From positions 4,836,001-4,900,000 of the forward strand of contig OZ024758.1 in NCBI GenBank assembly GCA_964016885.1: a stretch of DNA of 64,000 bases, written 5' to 3'. Below are positions 63,582 through 64,000 of this stretch, piece after piece (the stretch's first letter is position 1; each line of letters opens with the position of its first letter). Origin of the DNA: Eledone cirrhosa (Eukaryota). The notes beneath the pieces were generated by a model, which saw only the letters and a list, made by a program, of their open reading frames with translations, made no database searches and was not told the DNA's origin. Position numbers and translations under genes: made by a program.

Positions 63582-64000
63582 TCAAAAAAGTTAAATGATT
63601 AAGCTTATACATCATTTATATAAAAATGCTGTTGCATATTCTGTGTAAAACATACGTCCATATGGATGTATAAAAGAGTAATTACTTCTTCAACCACTTA
63701 TTCCTGAAACACTCCTACCAGCGGGTTCACCAAATTCTCAGTTTAGTCCAGAATGGGCAAAGCAAAATTTGGAATTCTGTACTAAGGTTACAGTATGGAA
63801 CGGTCCAGAAAAAGGTATGGAAAATTTATTGTAATACTGAGACATCCACTAATAAAACATGCTGCTATATTTTGTTTGTGGAGAATCAGAGTTATTTAGT
63901 CCAAACATATTAATGAAATCGTTGTGATGTTGATGATGATGATGATTTCTGTGACTAACCCCAATGTAGAGATCAAATTATGTTTGTTAAAAATGTCTTT

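Overview
AT-rich, repeat-dense animal genomic DNA. The SINE and microsatellite content fits an octopus/coleoid cephalopod, but that is inference. One protein-coding gene is supported: mitochondrial chaperonin HSP60 (HSPD1) on the minus strand, with 11 GT-AG coding exons from 63542 to 54782 giving 576 aa, and a non-coding first exon probably beyond the window. The first ~47 kb contain no recognisable host gene. They are a mosaic of (TA)n/(CA)n microsatellites, minisatellites, two tRNA-derived SINE families, MITEs and decayed RTE, L1/Tx1, CRE-like, Helitron and Penelope-like (PLE) fragments; Tc1/mariner and piggyBac transposase remnants lie next to and inside HSP60. The most notable unexplained layer is a set of about 15 type-I hammerhead ribozyme motifs from several sequence families, five with all stems recognisable. 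They sit beside (TA)n tracts, several are followed by AATAAA, and several lie in fold-back palindromes. One near-perfect ~320-bp palindrome carries two hammerheads with a U3-A8 compensatory core (UUGAAAA instead of CUGANGA). A decayed PLE reverse transcriptase fused to an inverted hammerhead half links these motifs to Penelope-like retroelements. All coordinates were read by eye, and repeat boundaries are approximate.
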